Shown here one piece after another: positions 8,001-14,833 of a stretch of DNA of 24,244 nt. The DNA is taken from NCBI GenBank assembly GCA_020353515.1, contig CP070695.1, positions 126,890-151,133 on the forward strand. Direction: 5' to 3'. The first letter of the stretch is position 1; each line of letters starts with the position of its first letter. The stretch comes from Candidatus Heimdallarchaeota archaeon. GTDB lineage: Archaea; Asgardarchaeota; Heimdallarchaeia; Hodarchaeales; Hodarchaeaceae. Made by a program: the position numbers and the translations under genes. The notes beneath the pieces are model-generated. The model saw nothing but the letters and a program-made list of their open reading frames with translations. It ran no database searches and had not been told where the DNA came from.

Positions 8001-8525
8001 AAATACAACGGAATATACAGCTTTTGTATGGCCAGAGAGATTTTGGATCAATTTTCCAGTTGATACATCCCAGAGACAAATGTAGGAATCACCACTCCCT
8101 GAAGCTAGAATTGTCCCGTCAGGGGAGAAAGCAAGCGAATTCACTGTTTTTCTATGTCCTGTCAAGTCGAGTGGTAACTCATCTCCTGTAATCACATCCC
8201 ACAGCTTGATATTGCCATCAGTACTCCCAGAGGCCACTATCCTCTCATCTGGCGAAAAAACAACTGAATGAATCGAACCAGGTTGTCCAATTAAATGAGA
8301 AAAAGCGGTTCCAGAATCAGGATTTACTAAGGAAATATCTTGGAATATTTCAGGTTGTTGGGGAATGAATTTTACTTCTTGATGAAAACTTTCGTAGGTT
8401 TTACTACCTCCAAATATGCACGATATATTAGGGATGATAATAACAGGTAATAACAATAATACCAATATTCCTCGTTCTTGCGTTAGCATTAGCAATGAAT
8501 CCTTATTGGAGTTCCTGTGTTCCAT
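5007..8525 (-). CDS. Receptor-like membrane protein: N-terminal hydrophobic segment, 14 WD40 repeats, 7 DxDxDG (TSP3-like) Ca-binding repeats, TM helix, C-terminal TPR-like domain
   Basis: 14 GH...SVxFSPxGxxLASGSxDxTIxLW repeats (about 6550-8300); DxDxDG(L/M)xDxWE repeats (about 6003-6530); TM FAIRIMILLIITVLGILIYM followed by NSRRR; TPR-like LGNSVYFQGNFSEAFKHYDQAL. Confidence 0.9.
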   Translation of the reverse strand: MEHRNSNKDSLLMLTQERGILVLLLLPVIIIPNISCIFGGSKTYESFHQEVKFIPQQPEIFQDISLVNPDSGTAFSHLIGQPGSIHSVVFSPDERIVASGSTDGNIKLWDVITGDELPLDLTGHRKTVNSLAFSPDGTILASGSGDSYICLWDVSTGKLIQNLSGHTKAVYSVVFSSDGATLISGSLDTTIKLWNVTSGEEWPFLLEHPTPVFSVAVSPNRKILASGGGDGTIYLWNSTSGKRLLDLTESTDDVVSVVFSPDGTFLASGSAVGVITLWDITAEGTHPSVLTESEEQIFSLAFSPIRKVIASSSENGVIHLWNATFGGGESLLDLIEPGGAVFSVTFSPDGTILASGGADGVIRLWNVVFEDEIQTLLGHEEGVMSVDFSLNGTLASGSADNTIKLWNVSTGRVTQNLTGHTDDVLTVTFSPNGTLLASGSADNTIRLWNMKTGNVSQVTPGHLEDVLTVSFSPNNTILASGCADGTIKLWNINTRTWKGLLGYVSSVESVVFSPNGSLLAAGSSADTNITLWNLDSGTSKELSGHISPVKSVVYSPNGSLLASGGVDGSLKLWSIDKGEAMWRDLIGHETSVRSVTFSPNGSLLASAAADGSIKLWNATTGALIQILIGKSDGIQSIIFSPDGKLLASGNINRTIQLWPVDSIQFDTDVDGMRDSWELQYGLNPTVFFDKFKDNDNDGLINCLEFFQKTDPLNYDSDGDSLPDGWEYLGGLDPTISNPNSDNDMDGLPAYYEYQMGLNPWINDAAFDKDNDSLNNLQEYQFGSWANQTDSDLDGMPDWWEFKYTDNSYSFNPRNESDATDDPDGDWVNNFDEFNGGSNPRDFWSSPHFAFSASFAIRIMILLIITVLGILIYMNSRRRTQKALITHFKAPDYPTALKIRKSNYKDYTAFLRAGEDAKKLISLGNSVYFQGNFSEAFKHYDQALTIFERLDNPSLIAETVFKIVWVKKENQPLTAKSSILERFPEQPYRLSIVNAFNQMVQALIAETEKRWEAAEKLWIAALQTEGLGVEYQLLCEGALVRSEFRNWLINPVDPIKERMKSRLMEWQKASENHQFFDMMCEAYLLHARIAIASFQFEEVEEWLSLCSTTAATAGLTIYLNKVDSEFEAFLQHKQRVFHLLKEEKTLSQEEQIKIIQSYLRKVQQIVKDEENES
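6550..8300 (-). repeat. 14 tandem intragenic WD40 repeats (about 125 bp each)
   Basis: Counted in the translation; also visible as recurring gacccatttggagaa-type DNA motifs. Confidence 0.9.
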
Positions 8526-8533
8526 ATATCAGT

Positions 8534-10471
8534 TTAAGATTTATTCCACCATTTTCTTCTTCGATTGATATATATGAGAGCAATTCCGACTATAGTAAAT
8601 ATTGAAATAAATTCAAATCCATATGAATCTTTGGAAGTAGTACTCTCTTGTGAAGAAGTTGTTAATGGTCCAGCTTCATCACGTACAGAAAAATGCCAGT
8701 TCTCGTGGCGTAATAGGCTAACATATTGGCCTGGACCACGTTCATTCCACTTGAAGGGGCCAAAACCAATCACTTGTGCTTCAGTGGGTTCAAAGGCCGT
8801 AATATTGTCCATGTCTTTCCAAATATGCCAGGGGAGAATCCGTGCATAACTAGTAATATCGGTCCATGCGAAGATATCAGTTCTATTGACATAGAGTTCA
8901 ATTGTATAATCGTCAGGTGTATCAATATGATAAATATTCTTGACATCTCCAGGAACCCCTCTAACACTTAGCTCAGGGTATACTTTTTGGGCGAATTCAA
9001 AGGAGTATTTAACATCATTTGAGGTAACAGGCTGGTTATCATGCCAAGATGCATTTTTGTACAGATAAAACGTGAATTTTTGACCAACTTGGATACCAGC
9101 AGCAGCTTGAGCTGTAGTTGGTTCGATCTCCCAGTCCCAAGCCAAGTTTGGAATTGGATCCCATGTGGTTGGATCTGGTTGCCAAAGGCCTCCATAGATG
9201 TAATTTTCAATAAAGAATGGGATACCCAAATTTTCTTCATATAAAAAAGGATTTTTGGTTGTAAGATCAAGCACTGAGGAATAAATTAACGTATTACTAT
9301 ATGAATCCCCCTTGGATTCCTTCAGGTGGGCTTTCGTTGCTACGTAAGGATTGTCTGAACTAGCTGTGCCTCTTCCCGCGAACTCAAGAAACCCCTCGAA
9401 TTTATCATTACGGTAAGCAGACCTAGTTATATCACTATAAATGGGAATTGCAGGTTGCTCATAAGTCAGTAGTTGCGTGGCCTCACGGGAATATTTCTTT
9501 ATATCAGTATCAGTAGTGGCTGCTAGCATCTTATCAAGAACAGAATCGATAGTAGTGTTATAAAAACGATGAATGTTTGGATTCGCCTCACCATTAGAAT
9601 GGAAGTCCCGATATAGGATTTTGGGGGGCAAGGATGTCGTCTTAAATCCTGTAGTAAAACAAAAGACCCAATAATCACTAGCAAAAACTCTCTCCCACAT
9701 GGGGGTAAATTTTACTTCTTCAATTCTTGAGCGGATACCCATTTTTATTAAGCCCTCACAAAGTATTTTAGAGGCAATAATAGCGGGGTCGTGTCCAGTC
9801 GTTGCAGTGATATTAATTACGAGAAGTGGATCATTATCGTCCAGATCAACATCAGCATCCCACTGACCATTACTATTTGCATCGTATTCACGCCAACCAT
9901 CGTCATCTAAGTCTTTGAATCCAGCAATCTCGAGGGACGCATTCCCAGAAATATAATCCGCATCATAGAAGCGGGTTTCTAAAACACTCTCAACTTCCCA
10001 TTCAGTTAGTGCTGGAGGAATATAACTATCTAATGGTGTTCCCAGATCTCCCACAATCTCCTCTGTAGCCTTGTATTTATCCATGCTAAAGGCCATAGCA
10101 CGGCGGTACGCGGTGATATTAGTGGGGAATCGTTCGCAATTCAAAATAAAAGTTCGATACCTTGTCATTTGAGAATAGCATACACTGATGTTTGGATCAT
10201 GACGAAGATCAAGTTCGTATTCGGTGGGCACATAACCTTCATGAACATCTATTTCCCCATTCTGAAGGGCTTTTATCGCTTGAGAATTATTGTTGTATAT
10301 TTTTATTAATAGTTCATCCACATACGCTCCATGAGGCCGGAATTCGCTTACCCATATATCATTATTAGCCCTCACTGACAATAGAATAATAGTATAAACA
10401 AAAAATATGGTTAAGAGGACCATAACCTCTCCTATTCTAACCATTCTTCTTTTTCGCACTTGAAACTCCAC
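8534..10471 (-). CDS. ABC transporter family 5 (peptide/nickel-type) solute-binding protein, circularly permuted, with C-terminal S/T linker, GF motif, TM helix and basic tail
   Basis: ALQNGEID, YRRAMAFSMDK, PNLAWDW, FTFYLYKNASWHDNQPVTSNDVKYSF, DDYTI, IGFGPF motifs; tail SYGFEF-TM-RRRK. The true start may be GTG 10459, with GTGGAG acting as the SD. Confidence 0.9.
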   Translation of the reverse strand: MEFQVRKRRMVRIGEVMVLLTIFFVYTIILLSVRANNDIWVSEFRPHGAYVDELLIKIYNNNSQAIKALQNGEIDVHEGYVPTEYELDLRHDPNISVCYSQMTRYRTFILNCERFPTNITAYRRAMAFSMDKYKATEEIVGDLGTPLDSYIPPALTEWEVESVLETRFYDADYISGNASLEIAGFKDLDDDGWREYDANSNGQWDADVDLDDNDPLLVINITATTGHDPAIIASKILCEGLIKMGIRSRIEEVKFTPMWERVFASDYWVFCFTTGFKTTSLPPKILYRDFHSNGEANPNIHRFYNTTIDSVLDKMLAATTDTDIKKYSREATQLLTYEQPAIPIYSDITRSAYRNDKFEGFLEFAGRGTASSDNPYVATKAHLKESKGDSYSNTLIYSSVLDLTTKNPFLYEENLGIPFFIENYIYGGLWQPDPTTWDPIPNLAWDWEIEPTTAQAAAGIQVGQKFTFYLYKNASWHDNQPVTSNDVKYSFEFAQKVYPELSVRGVPGDVKNIYHIDTPDDYTIELYVNRTDIFAWTDITSYARILPWHIWKDMDNITAFEPTEAQVIGFGPFKWNERGPGQYVSLLRHENWHFSVRDEAGPLTTSSQESTTSKDSYGFEFISIFTIVGIALIYINRRRKWWNKS

Positions 10472-10483
10472 TCGATACTGTTC

Positions 10484-10532
10484 AATAGTACTAGTGGTCT
10501 TTTAAAACATACAATTTTATTAAGTTTTCAAT
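10484..10532 (-). promoter_or_regulatory. BRE-TATA promoter and near-palindromic operator of SBP copy 1
   Basis: Minus strand attGAAAAcTTAATAAAatt (10513-10532) and aatagtactagt (10484-10495). Both are conserved upstream of copy 2. Confidence 0.6.
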
Positions 10533-10738
10533 AGTCAGCGATTTGTGAAAAGGATTACAATGAAGGTTGGAAATACCCTCCACAAATAGATAAAAGTTGT
10601 TAGATTTTCAAATATATCTTAAAATCCTAGAGAGTTGTATTGAAAGCAGTAAATACTATTAAATTATAATAGAGACTTGAGAACCGACAATTTTACATTG
10701 CTGTAACAAAAAATTAAATTCAGATCAGTAATAGTGAT

Positions 10739-12679
10739 TTAGGTCCATTTTCTTCTTCGATTGATATAAATGAGAGCTATTCCGACTACAGCGAACAATA
10801 TTTCAAATCCATATGCATCTTTGGAAGCAGGACTCTCTTGTGAAGAAGTTGTTGATGGTCCAGCTTCATCACATACAGAAAAATGCCAGTTCTCATGGCG
10901 TAATAGGCTGACATATTGGCCTGGTACACGTTCATTCCACTTGTAAGGGCCAAAACCTATTACTTGCGCATCAGTAGGTTCAAAGGCCGTAAGATTTTCC
11001 ACATCCTTCCAAATATGCCACGGGAGAATCCGTGTATAACTAGTAATATCGATCCACGCAAAGATATCAGTTCTATTGACATAGAATTCAACTGTATAAT
11101 TATCAGGTGTGTCAATACGATAGATATCATTGATATCTACAGGAACATAAAAAACATCAGGATAAAAATAATTCTGGGGTAATTCAAAGGAAAATTTGAC
11201 ATCTTTTGAGGTAACAGGTTGACCATCATGCCAAGAGGCATTTTTGTATAAGTAAAAAGTAAACTTTTGACCAGCTTGGATACCAGCTGCAGCTTGAGCT
11301 GTAGTTGGTTCGATCTCCCAGTCCCAAGCCAAGTTTGGGATTGGATCCCACGTGGTTGGATCTGGTTGCCAAAGGCCTCCGTAGATGGAGTTTTCAATGA
11401 ATGCCCGAACACCAATTCGATCATGGAATCTAAAAGGATTTCTAGTTGAAATATCAGTCATCGCGGAATAGGTAAATATACCACCATAAATACCCCCTTT
11501 GGATTCCTTCAGGTGGACTTTCGTTAATGTGTAAGGGTTAGCCATACTAACAGTACCCTTTCCCGCGAACTCGAGAAACCCCTCAAATTTATCATTACGG
11601 TAAGCATTAATGTTTAAAGGACTATAGATGGGAATTTCAGGCTGTTCATAAGCCAGTAGCTGTGTAGCTTCACGGGAATATTTCTTTATATCAGTAAAAG
11701 TAGTTGCTGCTAGCATCTTATTGAGAACAGAATCGATTGTAGTGTTATAGAAACGATGAAGGACTGGATTCCACTCTCCTTCGGAATGATAGTCAGTATA
11801 TAGGGCTTTGGGGGGTAAAACCGTGGGATTAAATGAGAGTTGATAACACACGACCCAATAATCACCAGCATAGATCTTTGACCAGAGGGGGGAATCCTCT
11901 GTTAGGGGATCCCACCAGGCTACCTCTTCGACTGTGGAGCGGATACCCATTTTTATTAACCCATCGCGAAGTACTTCAGAGGCGATAATAGCGATGTCGA
12001 ATCCAGCTGATGCTGTGATATTGATTACGAGAAGTGGATCATTATCGTCCAAATCTACGCCAGCATCCCACTCACCATTACTATTTGCATCGTATTCACG
12101 CCAACCATCGCCATCCAAGTCTTTAAATCCAGCAGCCTCGAGAGATGCATTCCCAGAAATATAATCCGCATCATAGAAGCGTGTTTCCAAAGTACTCTCG
12201 ACTTCCCATTCCGTTAGAGCAGGGGGAATATAACTATCCAATGGCGCTCCCAGATCTCCCATAATCTCCTCTGTTGCCTTGTATTTATCCATACCAAAAG
12301 CCATAGCACGGCGGAACGCTGTGATATTGGTGGGGAACCGTTCGCAATTCAAAATAAAAGTTCGAAACATTGAACTTGGAGTATAGGTCACACTAATGTT
12401 TGGATTATGACGAAGATCAAGTTCATATTCAGGAAACACGTCGTAATCATAAGCATCTATTTCCCCTCTCTGGAGTGCTTCGATCGCTTGAGAGAAATTA
12501 CTATATACTTTGATCAATATTTCATCCACGAATCCTCCCTGAGGCCGGAAATCACTAGACCACATTGCATTATTAGTACTCACTGACAATACAGTAATAT
12601 TATGAATAAAAAATATGGATAATAGGGTTACAATCTCTCCCAATCGAAGCAAATTTCTTTTTCCCATAAATAACTCCAC
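10739..12679 (-). CDS. Second family 5 solute-binding protein, tandem paralog of 8534..10471
   Basis: Same motifs and permuted order, long identical DNA stretches shared with copy 1, tail AYGFEI-TM-RRRKWT. The true start may be ATG 12667. Confidence 0.9.
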   Translation of the reverse strand: MELFMGKRNLLRLGEIVTLLSIFFIHNITVLSVSTNNAMWSSDFRPQGGFVDEILIKVYSNFSQAIEALQRGEIDAYDYDVFPEYELDLRHNPNISVTYTPSSMFRTFILNCERFPTNITAFRRAMAFGMDKYKATEEIMGDLGAPLDSYIPPALTEWEVESTLETRFYDADYISGNASLEAAGFKDLDGDGWREYDANSNGEWDAGVDLDDNDPLLVINITASAGFDIAIIASEVLRDGLIKMGIRSTVEEVAWWDPLTEDSPLWSKIYAGDYWVVCYQLSFNPTVLPPKALYTDYHSEGEWNPVLHRFYNTTIDSVLNKMLAATTFTDIKKYSREATQLLAYEQPEIPIYSPLNINAYRNDKFEGFLEFAGKGTVSMANPYTLTKVHLKESKGGIYGGIFTYSAMTDISTRNPFRFHDRIGVRAFIENSIYGGLWQPDPTTWDPIPNLAWDWEIEPTTAQAAAGIQAGQKFTFYLYKNASWHDGQPVTSKDVKFSFELPQNYFYPDVFYVPVDINDIYRIDTPDNYTVEFYVNRTDIFAWIDITSYTRILPWHIWKDVENLTAFEPTDAQVIGFGPYKWNERVPGQYVSLLRHENWHFSVCDEAGPSTTSSQESPASKDAYGFEILFAVVGIALIYINRRRKWT

Positions 12680-12731
12680 TTTTCATTAGTTTAATAATAT
12701 AACAATGAGTAAATCCACTCAATACTAGTTT

Positions 12732-12780
12732 AATAGTACTATTGATAGTCAGTACACACTAATTTATTAACTTTTCAATC
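12732..12780 (-). promoter_or_regulatory. BRE-TATA promoter and palindromic operator of SBP copy 2
   Basis: Minus strand gattGAAAAgTTAATAAatt (12761-12780); perfect palindrome aatagtactatt (12732-12743). Confidence 0.6.
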
Positions 12781-12878
12781 ATAAATGGATGGTTTCTACA
12801 TATTTGTATGACTAGATTTCAGAAATCTTTGGTTCATTAGCAGAAGAGTAAATACAATAATCAATCCATAGCTTCCAT

Positions 12879-13850
12879 TCAATCATATTGCTGCATCATC
12901 AATAGAAGTTGAAAGGTTGCAGCTTCTTTTTGTTGCATTGATTCTTGGATATCACTTTTGGTATAATCGTGAAAACCTTTCCCACTCTTTGTACCTAACT
13001 CTCCAGCCTGAATCATTTGTTTTAAAAACGATGGGGGGCTTGTTGAACAATTTAGAGTTGGATAAAGATAATTAAGAACATTCTGAATGGTATCTAGTCC
13101 CATTAGATCGACCATCTCAAACACTTTCATCACAGGTAATCGTAAACCCAAACCATATTTCACTGTTGTCTCTAAATCTTGTACTTCCATTACACCTTCA
13201 TCTAATAAGTACATCACTTCCCTAAACAATGCTGCTTGTAGTCTATTATGGACATATCCAGGTATGTCTTTCTTGACCAATACTGGTCGCTTATTCACAT
13301 TAGTTAGCAGCTCTACTATTGTCTGAACAGTCTGATCCGATGTTTGTTTCCCTTTGACCACTTCAACAAGAGGCATGAGAAGGGGAGGATTCATAAAATG
13401 TGTTCCAATACACATCAAAGGACGGTTGGTTGCATTCGCAATCTGTGTAATACTCAGTCCAGATGAATTGGTAGCTAGGATAGTTGAAGGAGGTGTGAGC
13501 TTATCTAATTGGTTGAAAACTTCAAGTTTTAATTCAAGTTTTTCTGGAACTGCTTCTATGATTAGGTTTGAGTCTGCTAGAGAGTTGATATCATTCTCTA
13601 GTTGGATTCGATTACGAGCCACCTCGAGGTCAGAAGTATTGAATAATCCAGTGCTACTAACTTTTGCGAAGTCTATATCCATACGAGTCTTAGCTTTTTC
13701 TATCTGGCTAGGAGAGATATCGTAAATCACAATTTCATACTCTGATGAAGCTCCAAAAATCGCAAAAAGCTCTGCAATCGATGGCCCCATGACCCCACAA
13801 CCTACAATGCCTATCTTCTTTATTGTTGAAACATCCATTTCTTTCACCAT
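12879..13850 (-). CDS. 3-hydroxyacyl-CoA dehydrogenase family protein
   Basis: GIVGCGVMG Rossmann motif, IIEAVPEKLELK, LATNSS, GTHFMNPP..MPLVEVV, PGYVHNRLQ, DLMGLD, LGTKSGKGF. Confidence 0.92.
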   Translation of the reverse strand: MVKEMDVSTIKKIGIVGCGVMGPSIAELFAIFGASSEYEIVIYDISPSQIEKAKTRMDIDFAKVSSTGLFNTSDLEVARNRIQLENDINSLADSNLIIEAVPEKLELKLEVFNQLDKLTPPSTILATNSSGLSITQIANATNRPLMCIGTHFMNPPLLMPLVEVVKGKQTSDQTVQTIVELLTNVNKRPVLVKKDIPGYVHNRLQAALFREVMYLLDEGVMEVQDLETTVKYGLGLRLPVMKVFEMVDLMGLDTIQNVLNYLYPTLNCSTSPPSFLKQMIQAGELGTKSGKGFHDYTKSDIQESMQQKEAATFQLLLMMQQYD

Positions 13851-13857
13851 TGTTCTT

Positions 13858-14817
13858 CTATACTTTATAATTAGGATTTCTTTGGACTTCCAAGATAAAA
13901 TCTTTTACTAATTTTTCAGGGGTATAAATAGGATTAAATTCCAAATCTTTACGAACTAATGCATCATCTCCCTCCATCATTGACAGAAATCTTAGTAAAA
14001 TGGATAATTCGCTATCAGGTTCATATTCAATCACAGCTTCAGGAATTTCCTTTTGTACAAGGTGAGCTAATTCTTGAGCTGATACCCAGAACCCATCCAG
14101 ATTATATGCTGGTTCATTAATATCTTCATGCTCTAGAAGACTCCCCAATAGTCTAGTTACATCCTTAATATATAAGATTGGGATGGTAATGTCAGGTTCT
14201 ACATTGCAAATTGCTTTCATCCCTTGAGCAGGAAATTGAATGATATTATTAGCATATATTGTCATACCTGCTCCAGATCTTCCTGGTCCAATGATAGCAG
14301 GAAATCTAAGAGTTAGAAAATTAATATTTTTCCGACGACGATAATAAACTCCCATTACTTCAGAACACACCTTTCCAACCCCGTACATTGTTAGAGGCTC
14401 ACGATATGACTTTTCAGTTATAGGGAGATCAACCCCAGGACTATATACAGCTGCACTACTAGCATAGAATACATTAGAAGCACCAGACAGGTGAGCAAAT
14501 TCAAGAATGTTAAAAGTGCCTTGAATGTTGACCTGAAAAGCAGTTTCGGTTGATGTCTCTGTAAAAGGAGGCATTAAGCTGCCAAAATGAAATATATTAT
14601 CTATCCCCTGAGAAGAATCAGAAAGTTTAGTAATTTCAGACCAACTAGACAAATTCCCTTGTATTATTTTAACTCTCGAATTATCCTTTAAATCATGTAT
14701 TCTCTTTTCATTAATGATATAATCAAATAGAATCAAATCTTCATTTGTTGTTTTTGTTAGGTGACGTGCTAAGAATGACCCAGTAAATCCTGTTCCACCT
14801 GTTATGAGTGTTGTCAT
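13858..14817 (-). CDS. Extended SDR (NAD-dependent epimerase/dehydratase family), resembling SDR-type L-threonine 3-dehydrogenase
   Basis: LITGGTGFTG, VNIQGTFNILE, ASSAAVY, PLTMYGVGK (YxxxK), LRFPAIIGPG. Confidence 0.88.
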   Translation of the reverse strand: MTTLITGGTGFTGSFLARHLTKTTNEDLILFDYIINEKRIHDLKDNSRVKIIQGNLSSWSEITKLSDSSQGIDNIFHFGSLMPPFTETSTETAFQVNIQGTFNILEFAHLSGASNVFYASSAAVYSPGVDLPITEKSYREPLTMYGVGKVCSEVMGVYYRRRKNINFLTLRFPAIIGPGRSGAGMTIYANNIIQFPAQGMKAICNVEPDITIPILYIKDVTRLLGSLLEHEDINEPAYNLDGFWVSAQELAHLVQKEIPEAVIEYEPDSELSILLRFLSMMEGDDALVRKDLEFNPIYTPEKLVKDFILEVQRNPNYKV

Positions 14818-14833
14818 TCCAATACATCCTATA

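Noticed and set aside
5985-8085. Series of plus-strand ORFs with repeated EARxxPxGE motifs
   Set aside because: They are the antisense reading of the WD40 protein gene; the periodicity comes from its repeats.
8565-11449. Alternative-frame and antisense ORFs that look conserved in two copies (e.g. 8968..9270 and 11137..11424)
   Set aside because: The similarity is explained by DNA identity between the SBP paralogs, and their starts and stops are not conserved.
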